This document shows positions 1 through 10,410 of a stretch of 64,000 nt of DNA, piece by piece; positions within the stretch are counted from its first letter, which is position 1, and every line of letters begins with the position of its first letter. The notes under the pieces are model-generated. The model had not been told where the DNA came from, ran no database searches, and saw only the letters and a list, made by a program, of their open reading frames with translations. The DNA is from Epithemia pelagica (taxonomy: Eukaryota; Protista; Bacillariophyta), in contig OX337232.1 in the NCBI GenBank assembly GCA_946965045.2, positions 2,046,001 to 2,110,000 on the forward strand. Direction: 5' to 3'. Both the position numbers and the translations under genes were made by a program.

Positions 1-241
1 TCCCTGATTCACCTGCTCCTAACAGAAGAAGCTTCACTTTTAATTCTTCCTGCTGCCTAGCTCGATCCAGATCCCGATCAATTCCGCTGGACGCCGCGGT
101 CTCCTGCCGGTCATCGCTTTTTGCATTTGCCGTATAAGGACTACTGGCTGTGTTGTTGCGAGCTACACCCGCAGCGCCATTGCTCGTCCCTGCTTGAGGC
201 TGAGACTCAGGGGGCGCTGGAGCTGATGCCCCACAGCCCAT
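1..241 (-). CDS. Heterotrimeric G-protein alpha subunit, 5' part (runs off left edge)
   Basis: Manual translation from ATG at 241: MGCGASAPAPPESQ...GIDRDLDRARQQEELKVKLLLLGAGESG. It has the MGC lipidation N-terminus and the KLLLLGAGESG(K) P-loop of G-alpha. Not in the ORF track because it is truncated by the window. Confidence 0.92.
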   Translation of the reverse strand, partial: MGCGASAPAPPESQPQAGTSNGAAGVARNNTASSPYTANAKSDDRQETAASSGIDRDLDRARQQEELKVKLLLLGAGESG

Positions 242-1094
242 ATTCTTTCGATATTAATGTTTGATACGTTTATCTGCACCTTGGTTGTTTCTATATCTCC
301 CAAGACTTGCGTGGGCAACCGGCTGCGTTGTGTTGCTGTTGGATTGGATGGTTGTTGCAAAAAAAGGGGGTACACTTTCTCCGAGACAGGAAGAGCGACG
401 CGGCGTGCCTCGTGGTCCGGTGAGGTGCGAGTCCGATGCATGACCCCAAACCCAACAAACCCCAATCCAAATTTCGTTGAAAATCAAGATAATATCCATT
501 TTTCTTTTGTAAAAATCTTTGCTTTTTGAGCAACACGTCTGCCGCTGCCGGAAGCGGGAATAGTTCCCGGTAAAAAAGCAAAAACGCTGACGTGAGGAGT
601 CCCGATCCAACTACCTGTCCCACAATGTACAGTCTCGTTTTGACTGGTAACTCTCCGTTCAAGTTGGAAGTTGAATAGATTTGTACATAGCAACATAGCA
701 ACTACACCGACAAAGAGTGAAACCATAAAGCTGGGAAGGAGCTTGCGATCAAGGGATCTGGTTTTCCGCAATGATACATGATACATGCAAAGGGCACAAG
801 AGTTTATTGTGAAAGTCTGGCTTCCACATTGAACGAACTGGTAATATAGATCACATCCTCCCATGCCCCATGGCTACAGCCGAGTTGCTCGAGAACAACC
901 ACATAGGAAAGTTCTTCTAAGGCTTTAGATCCTATCCATCTGTCGACACAAGGGGGTAACGAGTAACGAATGTATTAGTGACCACGTAGTCGACCTTGCT
1001 AGGCTTGTCCATTCATAGAAAGCGGTACTCGCCCTTCCGATTCAGCTTTCAACCACAAAGATCTACAGGCATGCCCCGTTCAGCCAATAAAAGG

Positions 1095-3152
1095 TCAAAA
1101 GCGTAACAACCACTTTAGAGTGATATGCCAGCGCTTGCCGTCTGCGCGAACGGTTGAAAGATCCCACACATCCACTTTTTCTAGCCACCAAAAATAGCTG
1201 ATCGGATACTTTGGAGGACTTCTTCTGCACTTGGTTGGTTGTTGAGAGAGTTCTTCTGGTTCTTGATCTTGCTCTTCTCCTTCCTCTTCATCCTCGTTGT
1301 GACCAGTCAAAGATTCTAAACGACGAAGAACTCCGTCACTGATTGATACATTCGCCAATGTGAGCGGTAGGCCCATGCCCCCGACTACAAGCCAGGACAC
1401 CAGAAAAGACACTGTAATCGGAACGAGCAAGTCAAACGAACCACCAAACCATGCCAAGGATACCAAGACCGTGCTGACAGGAAACGGAAATGCCGTAAAC
1501 GACATCGCAACAATGGCACATGAATACGTGACCAAAGGTGGGACAGCTCCCATTACGTTTTCCAACGAATGTCCCAAGCAGCATCCGGAGAAAAGAAGCG
1601 GCGTTAATGATCCACCGACCAATCCAAAGCTCGTCGAGATAGATACCCCCATAATCTTGACTAAAGCAATCAGGAGAAACCAAAATCTGTGGTTTTCATC
1701 TGATGAATCGACATATTCCTCCGGGTCAGATATTGAAGTATGATTCGTTCGTAAGGAAGTGATGGTGGTTTGAATAAAGCTTAGTCCAGACCCTGCGACT
1801 TCTGGGGCTACCACGAAAATACCCATATTGCAGAGTGCTGCCAAGATTGGAAAGGCCAGTGGTACTATCCAGTACCCCATGGTGCCACACGACATGGATA
1901 TTTGTCGACAACATGACCTTCGCAACCACCGCGAGAACGTCATCGTCGCATTTCCCATCAGAGCGAGACAGCCACCCAAAATACCAATCAAGGCTGCTAC
2001 CAGAACATGACCATGATGGTATTGATAGTGGCCCATATCATCATTCTTTTCAACAAACACGGCAAGTTTCCAATGCACAACAGAAAGAATGGCTCGAGCG
2101 CACAAAGAAGACGCCAGAGACGCGGCGAGTTGCAATGAAAACTGCTCCAAACGGTCGTGTCCAGGCCAAGTTTTGCACTCATCGTGTGTATGTTCAACTT
2201 CCTCCCAAGTGGGCGGTATCCCCACGAGCTGCGCCAACTCACCTGCTACAACGGGCCCAACCACCGGTGAGGGAATGAACGGAACAATAGATGCAGCTAG
2301 TGCGATTCGTATCATGTTTATGGGAGATGAACCATCGTGGTACAAAAGACCATGGCCGGGGGCATGATGCATCATGAGGGGAACGACAGCGGCAACGAGC
2401 TTTCCGAAAGCAGTCGCAATCGCACCCACCACAAATTCGGGTCCAACCGGAGCCCCCGAGATCAACGCAACAAAACCCGCAAATATCACAAATACGAAAT
2501 GTCGAAGATGACCATCGTGATTACTTTCCGTTTCAAATAACTCTTGAGTCATCCAGAGAGACGAAGCAGAATAAAATATGGAATCGACGAAGGCTTGGCC
2601 CTCAGTGGAACGACGACCAAACCACCAATCGACCAAGAAGAAAATGATGCCTGTCGCCAAGCTTCCCAAAACTGCCACCAGTCCGATCCAATAAATGTGG
2701 GTGTCTTTGCAATCATTCTTTATATCTCCTTGGCAGGGAATCCAGAGGCTGGTCATGGCTTCCGTCACTCCCACAAAACCCACCGAAAGCCCTCCCACCA
2801 AAATTCCGACCACTATCGCCGACGGTAGATTGACGCACCAAAACGAACTTTCGCGTCCGTAGGCTTTGCCATGAAGAAGACTAAGTTCTTCATTTAGACA
2901 TTGACCTTCTTCCATAGAGGGAGACGAGGTATCTCCATTGTCGTCAAAGTTTCCCTCATGGGACAGATCAATCTCGCCACTTCGCCGTGGAGCCGGGAAA
3001 AGCGCGTTTCTCAGTCGTTCGCTTCGTGCTCGTAGGGCCAAGGCTTCAGCTGAATCTGCCTCCTCCGTCTCCGTCCTACTTCTTATCTGAAAGACATGCC
3101 TTGGAGGAGGGGTTTGGGCTTTGTTTGATCTCAATAAAAGAGGCTCTTCCAT
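1095..3152 (-). CDS. Divergent ClC-family (voltage-gated chloride channel/antiporter-like) membrane protein
   Basis: ORF 1095..3197, first ATG at 3152. Many hydrophobic helices; GAPVGPEF (gating-Glu motif position) and GLVGGSLTPLLFSG (GGxFxP-like motif). Acidic tail; a 3' intron is possible. Confidence 0.7.
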   Translation of the reverse strand: MEEPLLLRSNKAQTPPPRHVFQIRSRTETEEADSAEALALRARSERLRNALFPAPRRSGEIDLSHEGNFDDNGDTSSPSMEEGQCLNEELSLLHGKAYGRESSFWCVNLPSAIVVGILVGGLSVGFVGVTEAMTSLWIPCQGDIKNDCKDTHIYWIGLVAVLGSLATGIIFFLVDWWFGRRSTEGQAFVDSIFYSASSLWMTQELFETESNHDGHLRHFVFVIFAGFVALISGAPVGPEFVVGAIATAFGKLVAAVVPLMMHHAPGHGLLYHDGSSPINMIRIALAASIVPFIPSPVVGPVVAGELAQLVGIPPTWEEVEHTHDECKTWPGHDRLEQFSLQLAASLASSLCARAILSVVHWKLAVFVEKNDDMGHYQYHHGHVLVAALIGILGGCLALMGNATMTFSRWLRRSCCRQISMSCGTMGYWIVPLAFPILAALCNMGIFVVAPEVAGSGLSFIQTTITSLRTNHTSISDPEEYVDSSDENHRFWFLLIALVKIMGVSISTSFGLVGGSLTPLLFSGCCLGHSLENVMGAVPPLVTYSCAIVAMSFTAFPFPVSTVLVSLAWFGGSFDLLVPITVSFLVSWLVVGGMGLPLTLANVSISDGVLRRLESLTGHNEDEEEGEEQDQEPEELSQQPTKCRRSPPKYPISYFWWLEKVDVWDLSTVRADGKRWHITLKWLLRF

Positions 3153-3562
3153 TGGCAACAAGTCGTGGGTTTTATTTGGAAAATGGACGAGGCGCAAAAT
3201 ATTCCCCCCTTTTATGGGTCATGCAAAAGATGCGCGGTCCGATTCACGCGACTCATGAGGAGTGCTGGACAGACGCCTCATCGTTTACCTTCTTACTAAA
3301 AGCTACGCCGCTGGCCAGATGGACGCAGTTTCTTGATTAACGCCTTGGAAGAGGTAAGACGAATGGGTTTGACGTCTGGTATTCAGAGTGACGATGCATT
3401 TCGAGAATTTCAATTCGAAGTTTTCGAGATGAGGCATAGATTGCTGGAAGGTGTTGCTCGCTTGTGTCGTGTCTCTTACTTTTATTGAAGGTTCGCACTC
3501 ACCGTGATCTTGCCATATCTCGTTGTCTTCGTTCCAGATTATCATAAAACAGATTGCACAAA

Positions 3563-3751
3563 ATGGCCGAGACACGAAAACCGAACAAATTGTATGCCAC
3601 GCACCCGAAAGGATATGGTAAAGGTTCCCGTCAATGCCGAGTGACAGGACGCCAAGGAGGTATGGGATTGGTTCGAAAATACGGTATCAACATGAAGCGA
3701 CAGGTTTTCCGGGAACGTGCATATGATATGGGATTTATGAAGTACAATTAA
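3563..3751 (+). CDS. RPS29: 40S ribosomal protein S29 (uS14), zinc-ligand-deficient variant
   Basis: MAETRKPNKLYATHPKGYGKGSRQCRVTGRQGGMGLVRKYGINMKRQVFRERAYDMGFMKYN aligns with the RPS29 pattern HP-x2-(Y/F)G-x-GSR-x-CRV...GL(I/V)RKYG-x-NM-x-RQ-x-FR...D-x-GF-x-K. Intronless. Confidence 0.92.
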   Translation: MAETRKPNKLYATHPKGYGKGSRQCRVTGRQGGMGLVRKYGINMKRQVFRERAYDMGFMKYN

Positions 3752-3849
3752 TTTTTGAGAAATGTCTCTGGAATAGCGGAAATTGGACCAGGTTGAAGTT
3801 ATTCACTGCATTTACTTGTGTAAAGCCTAAGGCCATGGTGATGCATCAA

Positions 3850-4164
3850 AGTTGTCCTGGGACGAGAGAAAGGTTTTCTCTGTGGGCCGACAACTTAGGA
3901 TTGCGAGTTACGTGGTCCATCAGGTTGATCCAATAGTTGAGAAGTTGCCAATCCACAGTACACAGCCTGATTTATTGAGCGTTCACTCCATGGTTCGATC
4001 CATGTGGCAGCTACAATTCGCGAAGTGGTCCTTTGGGGACGATGGCCGACCAGGTGGCAGTTCCTGTGACTTGTGTCTGACATGGAACAAGGTTTGTTCT
4101 GCCAGGTTGGTTTCTAGGCGCGTTATCATGTACGTTTGCGAAATGGTCGCCACATGAACTTTTT
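3850..4164 (+). ncRNA. Candidate structured non-coding RNA (unassigned)
   Basis: Intergenic block with consecutive stems: AGTTGTC/GACAACT plus AGAGAAA/TTTCTCT; AGTTGCCA/TGGCAGCT plus CATGG/CCATG; GCCGACC/GGTTGGT plus TGGCAG/CTGCCA plus GTTCC/GGAAC. It ends in T5 at 4160-4164. No known family motif recognised. Confidence 0.25.
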
Positions 4165-4574
4165 CACCGCTTGATCGTTCGTTCTCGTTTGTCCATCTCT
4201 TGAGCTTTTCCGAGAAGTCTTCCAGCTAGCTCACGGACAACGCATATGCAATTGAAATGCATTCTATTTCGCTGTTCTCGTTAGCAACTGCAATGTCCTC
4301 TCCAATCCATTTTAACACTTTTCTGCAGTACCTTGGTCGCTGGTCGCACATATGAAACACACGTGGGTCGCTCTTGTTTGAGAACCCTCGCCCACAATGG
4401 CGGCGTGCGTTCTTTGAGCGGGGTTTCAGTTCCTTCTCTTTCCGTTTTGTGGCAGGTTTCGATCGAGAAATTCGGCATTGTGTCATTGAGCAGCCATTAA
4501 CGACAGCCAGATTCGAGCTTCCTAGTCGAGTGGTAGATGGAGCGATTTGTGATCGAAGCATTGTTGTGTCATCC

Positions 4575-7500
4575 ATGAACCAAGCCAAAGTAAACGCAAC
4601 AAGTGGCAGAAGTGATGACGAAATAAGCGAAGCCTCGTCAATTCCAGTAAAAAGCGACGATTCCAATGATGAAGATTACTCTGATGCCGCGAAATCTAAT
4701 ATTGAAGATGAAATCAGTGATGGCGACAACAGCAGTTTCGATATGAACGAACTTACCCTGGCGTCTGCATCAAAACTCAATCCGACAGGTGCACAACAGA
4801 AACGAACACGGAGCAGTACCACTAGTGCCAGAGCTTCTGCTGCTCGGTCCAGTAAAAGCAACGCACGAGAACAGGGAAGGGAAAAAACGCCGTCACGGCA
4901 GCGGAGAATCAGCGCAAAGAAGAACAATGGACAAGCGCCATCGAAACAGCCTGCCGCGGCCACTCGACGCTCACGTCGTCGAGCGACACAGCGAACGTTG
5001 TCCAACAAAGAGTCGGATAGTAGCCATCACGAAACGTTGGGCGAAGAGTTTGATGACGAATCTGATGCAGACGAGAAAAGTCACGTTAACAACGAAAAGG
5101 ACAAGAAGGTGAAACCAAACAAACGGCGCACTATACTTTTAGATTCAGACGAAGAGTTGTCGGAAGACAATAACAGCAACCAGGAAGTCGAAACTCCTGT
5201 ATTGAAACTCAGTCGCCCAGCAACGAGAAGCCGTTCACAAAAGAGAAGTCGTCCTGAAAGTGTCGCAAGACCAACTGCAAGTAAACAAAGAATGAAGCGC
5301 AAGGGCGGTAGGACCAATAACTCATCACGGCTTGTGGATACGGAGGATGACGATAGCAGCATCGATGATACGAATTGGGCTATCACTCCAGAGCACACTC
5401 CAGTAACGATAAGAAAACAACGAAGTTCTGCTCGAAAAGCGAAAATATCCTTGTCGAGACATGCTAGGCTGGACAATGAAAACAGTGAAGATGAAGAAGA
5501 GGATACAGCAGCTGATGGATCCGAAACACCTCCGCGAAAACCCAGAGTCACCCGTGGAGAAAAAACAAGAAAATTCGCGGATGATGAAGATTATCATGAG
5601 GAGGATGACGATGAGGAGGCTGAATCGGAAATCGAGGTGGAGTCGGAAGAAGACAGTGACAACCCAAAGATACGGAAACGCAACAAGAGGAGATCAGTAA
5701 ATATAGACCAAGAGCAAATCGGCACAGTGAACGATGATTCAAGTCGAGATGAAGAGACGACTGGAAAACATCAGCAGTTTTCTTCTCCTGGTTTACATGA
5801 GATATCGCCGTCGCAAAAAGATGTCTTTGTTGACAGCGATAGTTACAGTCAAGACGACAATGCTCACCCACTGGATAGCCCGGTGCCATCTCCACGGGGA
5901 AAAGTTATGGAGTGCCCAAGCACACACGACGAGATCACAGCAGAGAAACTCCCCAAACGCCATGTGTGTTTCATCACAAACGATGGATCTCGACATTGTT
6001 TTGCGTTGTCTACGCTACACCGAATCGCGACTTCGTCAGCTTTAACCCAGTATCGCACAGATGTTGGTGGTAATCTGAAAAAGACATTTCTTCAGCCCCC
6101 TCATTTCCGATCTGCAATGTCTGAAGACTTGCTGGATCAGATTGCATCCCGTTTTGGACGTCAAGCTTTGGAAATTAGTTCTTCATTCTATGGTGGTAAT
6201 CTGCACCGAATGGAAAGAATGAACGAAGAGGACGTTTCCGTTGACGAGCAATCCAGAGATGGCCATTCAATGTCCAATGATCGAAGCTCTCTTAGGAATG
6301 CAATAGCAGACAACGAAGACTTTCTTCGACAGGTGCATCAGTACATGACAGCCCAGATGGGATCCCATGATTTATATGCATGTCCTGTATGCTTCTCAGT
6401 GGCACAGTTTCGATTTCGTCGAAAATCGTTTTTTGGAGCGCGTTGCAAGGAACAAGAAAATGGCGAGTCAAGTAATGATGAAGACCTCTATCTAGCAGAA
6501 GAGAGGCAGGATCCCATGGCTGTTCTCCAGTCACTGGACAAATCGTTTTCCCGGGAGTTTGAGATTGCTTCCACATTCTGTAGAAGCAAGGTGTCCGACA
6601 TAAAGGCGCATCTGCGGGACTACCATGATCTCGATACAAGAAACATTGACGGGAACAGTCTGTATTCTGCCTTCAAGATTCGAGCTCAAGATGGGTAAGG
6701 AACGATATGGCTCATGCACTGCGCAATAATAGCGCCACTAACGTTTTCTTTTTCACTCTTGCTTGGTTCAGTCTATTACAAAGGTACCTGAAGAAGCAGC
6801 GGCATTATGGGCGAGGTCAAGGTGCCATGCAAAGATATTGGTTGAGAGGCAACAATTTCTACTTTGTTCACTTGTTAAGTCTTGTTCAGAAAGCTCAACT
6901 GATGGCCATGGTAAATGAGACGGGAGAGCAGGATGAGGAGGTGGGAGCAGATGTTCGAGAAGAGGCACAGCAGTACTGGTCTGCCCCGATTGAATACTTT
7001 AGCTCGTGTCAGAGAATAAAAGATGCGCTATGGGATCGAATTGCAAGTCCATTTCGTAAAACTGATGCTCTGAGAGAAATGAAAGAGTGGATCGCTGACG
7101 AAAACGAAGATGATGGTGACGACGCAATTGTGTCTCATCGATCACTGTACATGGATTCCATCCGCAAGGATGAGGCTCGGGAGGCTGAAGCCAACCAAGA
7201 ACTGGTGGAGCGACTGAGAGTAGAGGCGGAAGGAATGGATGATGAAGAATCGGTTGTCGTGGAAGAAGAGGAAGAATCCGATGTCGTTCTTTCGGAGGAT
7301 AGTGGTTCGCTAGAAGGTGATGAAGAGGAGAACGAAAGCGATGATATGGATGAATGGCAGCAAAATCTTTTGAATAAGCGACGTGCTCGTAGTCCCGAAG
7401 ATGAAAAGAAGTCGCGAAGAGGCAACCCTCGAACAAGAGGTTCAGATGTCCCCCGACGTAGATTGAGTCTGTCAAAACAGAAGCAAGACGATTCCGACGA

Positions 7501-7639
7501 CTCTGACATATCGTGGAACAAGGATACGGCGAATGAAACGAAAGGCAGGTCACCTTCTTCTTCGGGGAGGAAACGAAGAGTGGTGGATGATGACGATGAT
7601 GATGAGACTGGCGAAATGGAAACGACTTGTTATGTATGA
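4575..7639 (+). CDS. Uncharacterised ~995-aa acidic/basic low-complexity protein with a Cys/His (zinc-finger-like) core
   Basis: Exons 4575..6694 and 6772..7639 (intron GTAAGG...TTCAG 6695..6771 joins DG|LLQRY in frame; 2988 nt total). CPVC...HLRDYH motif; many RK clusters and D/E runs. Confidence 0.75.
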
Positions 7640-8137
7640 CTCATTATTGGAGATCACCGATCTATGAAGGATGGTTCTTCTTGGATTTGCTAGCCCTGGA
7701 TTTGCTAGCTAAGGATGCTTGGTCCTTGCACTCTGTCCATAGTCCGTAGATCGAATGTCAAGCACATTAATGCGCCTCATCGCTTAAATTATGAGTGTGT
7801 TAAAGCATTTTTTATTAAAATAATGGATACGAACGCTGAAAATTGGTATCTTTCATTAGGCTTCTGTGCGTTCTGTCTGTTCGGTTTTGGGTGTGATTTG
7901 TGACCGCTCATCGAATTCTAATTCTCATCGAAGGCCAAACCAAAGGGATCTAAAAAGATCTGTCGACGCAAGTTCTCTTTTCCGTGTCCCTCCCCAACTG
8001 TCTGGCTTCTTTTGTCTGACCCGATACTAAGAACAGGCATTCCCTTGATATTGTATCCTCTGAATCAAGAGAAATCCAAATACCTCGACTATTGAAACAT
8101 GTAGACTCGCAACTTCCTTTCGCCAACCGCCACCATC

Positions 8138-9240
8138 ATGAGTCCAATCACCAAGACATCTGTGAAAGCGAAGGCAACGACCTGTGCCAATATGCTTCGA
8201 CGTTTCCCATCTGCTGCCACCTGCTCTGGTGAAGTGACGAAGGTGGTGAGTCAACAAGGACAACAGCAGCGACATGCTAGTTTCCTCTCCATCCCTTCCA
8301 AGATGTCCACCCAAACGACTGTCACTCCTTCTACGCCGTTCAGTCGTCGTTCGTTCACGTTGACACCGGGTTTGTCATCGACGGATGTGTTAAAGCCAGA
8401 ATGGACGACACCGAAAAAGGAAGGTGACCACATTCCCAACGTGGAATTTCTCACGCGCGTCCGTGTGGAACCTCGTAAGGATGAACCCCATCCAGATCCG
8501 CATCCCTTGGATTGGAAGAAATTTACGACGAACGATTTGTTTGCCGGACGGCGGTGTGTCGTATTTGCCTTGCCTGGAGCCTTTACTCCTGTCTGCAGTA
8601 CCACTCATTTGCCTGGATTTGAAAAAGTCTACGACGATGTCAAAGAGGTCGAATTGGATGATGTCTATTGTACGTACAATACTTCTTTTGGGCAAGATTG
8701 TTTTGTGCTTTCTGCAAACAAGCAGTACCCATTGAACACACACGTGGCATTTGCACCTGCTGAACTTATCCTGGAGGAATGACCGTGTGTTTTAGTTGTG
8801 AACTCTGTCGCCTTGTTGTCAGAAGTTGGATGCAATAACGTGTTCTTTGAAACCACTACTAACGCTGTTTACTCGGTGCTCTTCCTACAGGTCTTTCGGT
8901 GAACGACGCCTTTGTAATGCGTCAGTGGGGTTTGAAAATGGGTTTGGAAGAAGATTTCGAGCTTGGTACCATGTTGGGATTTAGCAAACTGAAATTGTTG
9001 CCGGACGGGGCTGCTCATTTTACCCGTGGTATGGGAATGTCTTGTTTATGGGAGCATGAACGCGGTTTCGGAGAACGATCATGGCGGTATTCCATGGTTG
9101 TCAATGACTGTGTCATTGAGAAAATGTTTGTCGAACCTGGACGGACGCACAATTCGGGACCTGATCCCATTGGAGTGTCGGATGCCAAAACCATGATGGA
9201 TTACTTGAACAATTCCGATTGGCCCAGTTACGACGAATAA
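8138..9240 (+). CDS. Type II peroxiredoxin (Prx5/Redoxin family), copy 1, with long N-terminal extension
   Basis: Exons 8138..8669 and 8891..9240 (intron 8670..8890 splits the Cys codon of YC-LSVNDAFVM). Motifs VFALPGAFTPVCS, LPDG, GFGERSWRYSMVV. Confidence 0.9.
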
Positions 9241-9860
9241 AAAACGTGACTAAGTGGGTTCACACCAGAAAGATCAGTGACCCAAACAGTGAAAGAAAAC
9301 CAGAAAACAAAACAAGACAACAAAACAAACAGTCCACACGATTTCCCCCCCCAAACATACGGTACAAGATGAATTTTAAAAAATACCCCACATACCACAA
9401 AGCATACGCACTGAAAACGCTCTCTAACCTTACTAGGTAGCAGAATATGAGATTATCCTCCTATCATGATTGCTCTCTCCTGGTAGGAAGGGATTCGGAT
9501 GAGCCAAGAGTACCTTACACCTAGAAACACTAATCAAGCCACATCCAGTACCACCATCCAGGCTTGTGGGGGGCTTATGGTCCACCTCGATACAAGAAGA
9601 TCATGACAGGTGGGCTACACTGGGCCAGGCGCCCACTTCATCCTATTTGTGATGATCTTGTATTGCGGCTCGTTGTTATCGAACCGCACCACCACGGTCT
9701 GGCGGTTGGTTGGTTGAGAGCGTAACACTGGCATAGATGATGCCTTGCTGCCTCAAAGCCATCAAGTAGGAGTACCTAGGAGTACTTCGGCAAACACCCG
9801 CCCAGACTACCCTAGAGACAGAGACGGGATAGAGGAGATAGGAGTAGATGATAGACGGGG

Positions 9861-10085
9861 CGTGGGAGTGGTGGAACCCTAACCCTAATATGGCAGAAAA
9901 GATTCTCACGTTCTTACGTCTCCTCCCAAAGACAGTACGGATATCTTGCGTTCCTGCAGTCGGAGCAGTCTATCTGTCGCGAGGTCTTCACACATAGCTA
10001 GAGGAGTGCTAGGGGAGTAGTCGCACTTGCCGTAAGGCCCAACAGGAACCGGAATGGCTCCCACGGGCGGGAAAGGGGAATTTTT
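9861..10085 (+). ncRNA. Speculative telomerase-RNA-like locus
   Basis: AACCCTAACCCTAA at 9875-9888. CGTGGGAGT (9861-9869) is complementary to GCTCCCACG (10057-10065). GTTCCTG/CAGGAAC stem, GCC-GTAA-GGC GNRA hairpin, T5 at 10081-10085. No TATA box seen upstream. Confidence 0.22.
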
Positions 10086-10334
10086 GATTGTCTTAGATCT
10101 ATCTATCTGTAGACCTCGTCTCAGGATGGCAGTGTCAGAGCACACGATCCCAAGATTGTGAGCTCTAGACTCTTGCGCATGGATTGGTCACTGGGCCAGT
10201 ATCTTGTGTCCACGAGATAGTCCACCTGGCGCGTCATTGCCCGACATGCGCGCGCTCCACCGCCCTGCTCCGACGTACGCACGACAGACACGATCTTGCC
10301 ATCTTCTCGTTGGGATTTTGTCAGAATCATCGTT

Positions 10335-10361
10335 CCGACCTCCGACCTCCGACCTCCGACC
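10335..10361. repeat. Short tandem repeat (CCGACCT) x about 4
   Basis: ccgacct ccgacct ccgacct ccgacc, about 50 bp upstream of the second peroxiredoxin ATG. Confidence 0.85.
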
Positions 10362-10410
10362 ATCCTTAACTCCACTCCTTCCTAGTGTAATCTCCAGAAC
10401 AGAAGCCAAA

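Noticed and set aside
3943-4013. tRNA-like cloverleaf with GGTTCGATCC
   Set aside because: The acceptor-like stem is present, but the T-arm pairs only with a 6-nt loop and there is no D-loop GG or proper anticodon arm.
4374-4574. 5' extension of the 774-aa ORF from an alternative start
   Set aside because: Reads like UTR sequence; the first in-frame ATG with matching low-complexity composition is at 4575.
7682-7710. Small duplication TGGATTTGCTAGC x2
   Set aside because: Ordinary local slippage in a 3' intergenic region with no further structure.
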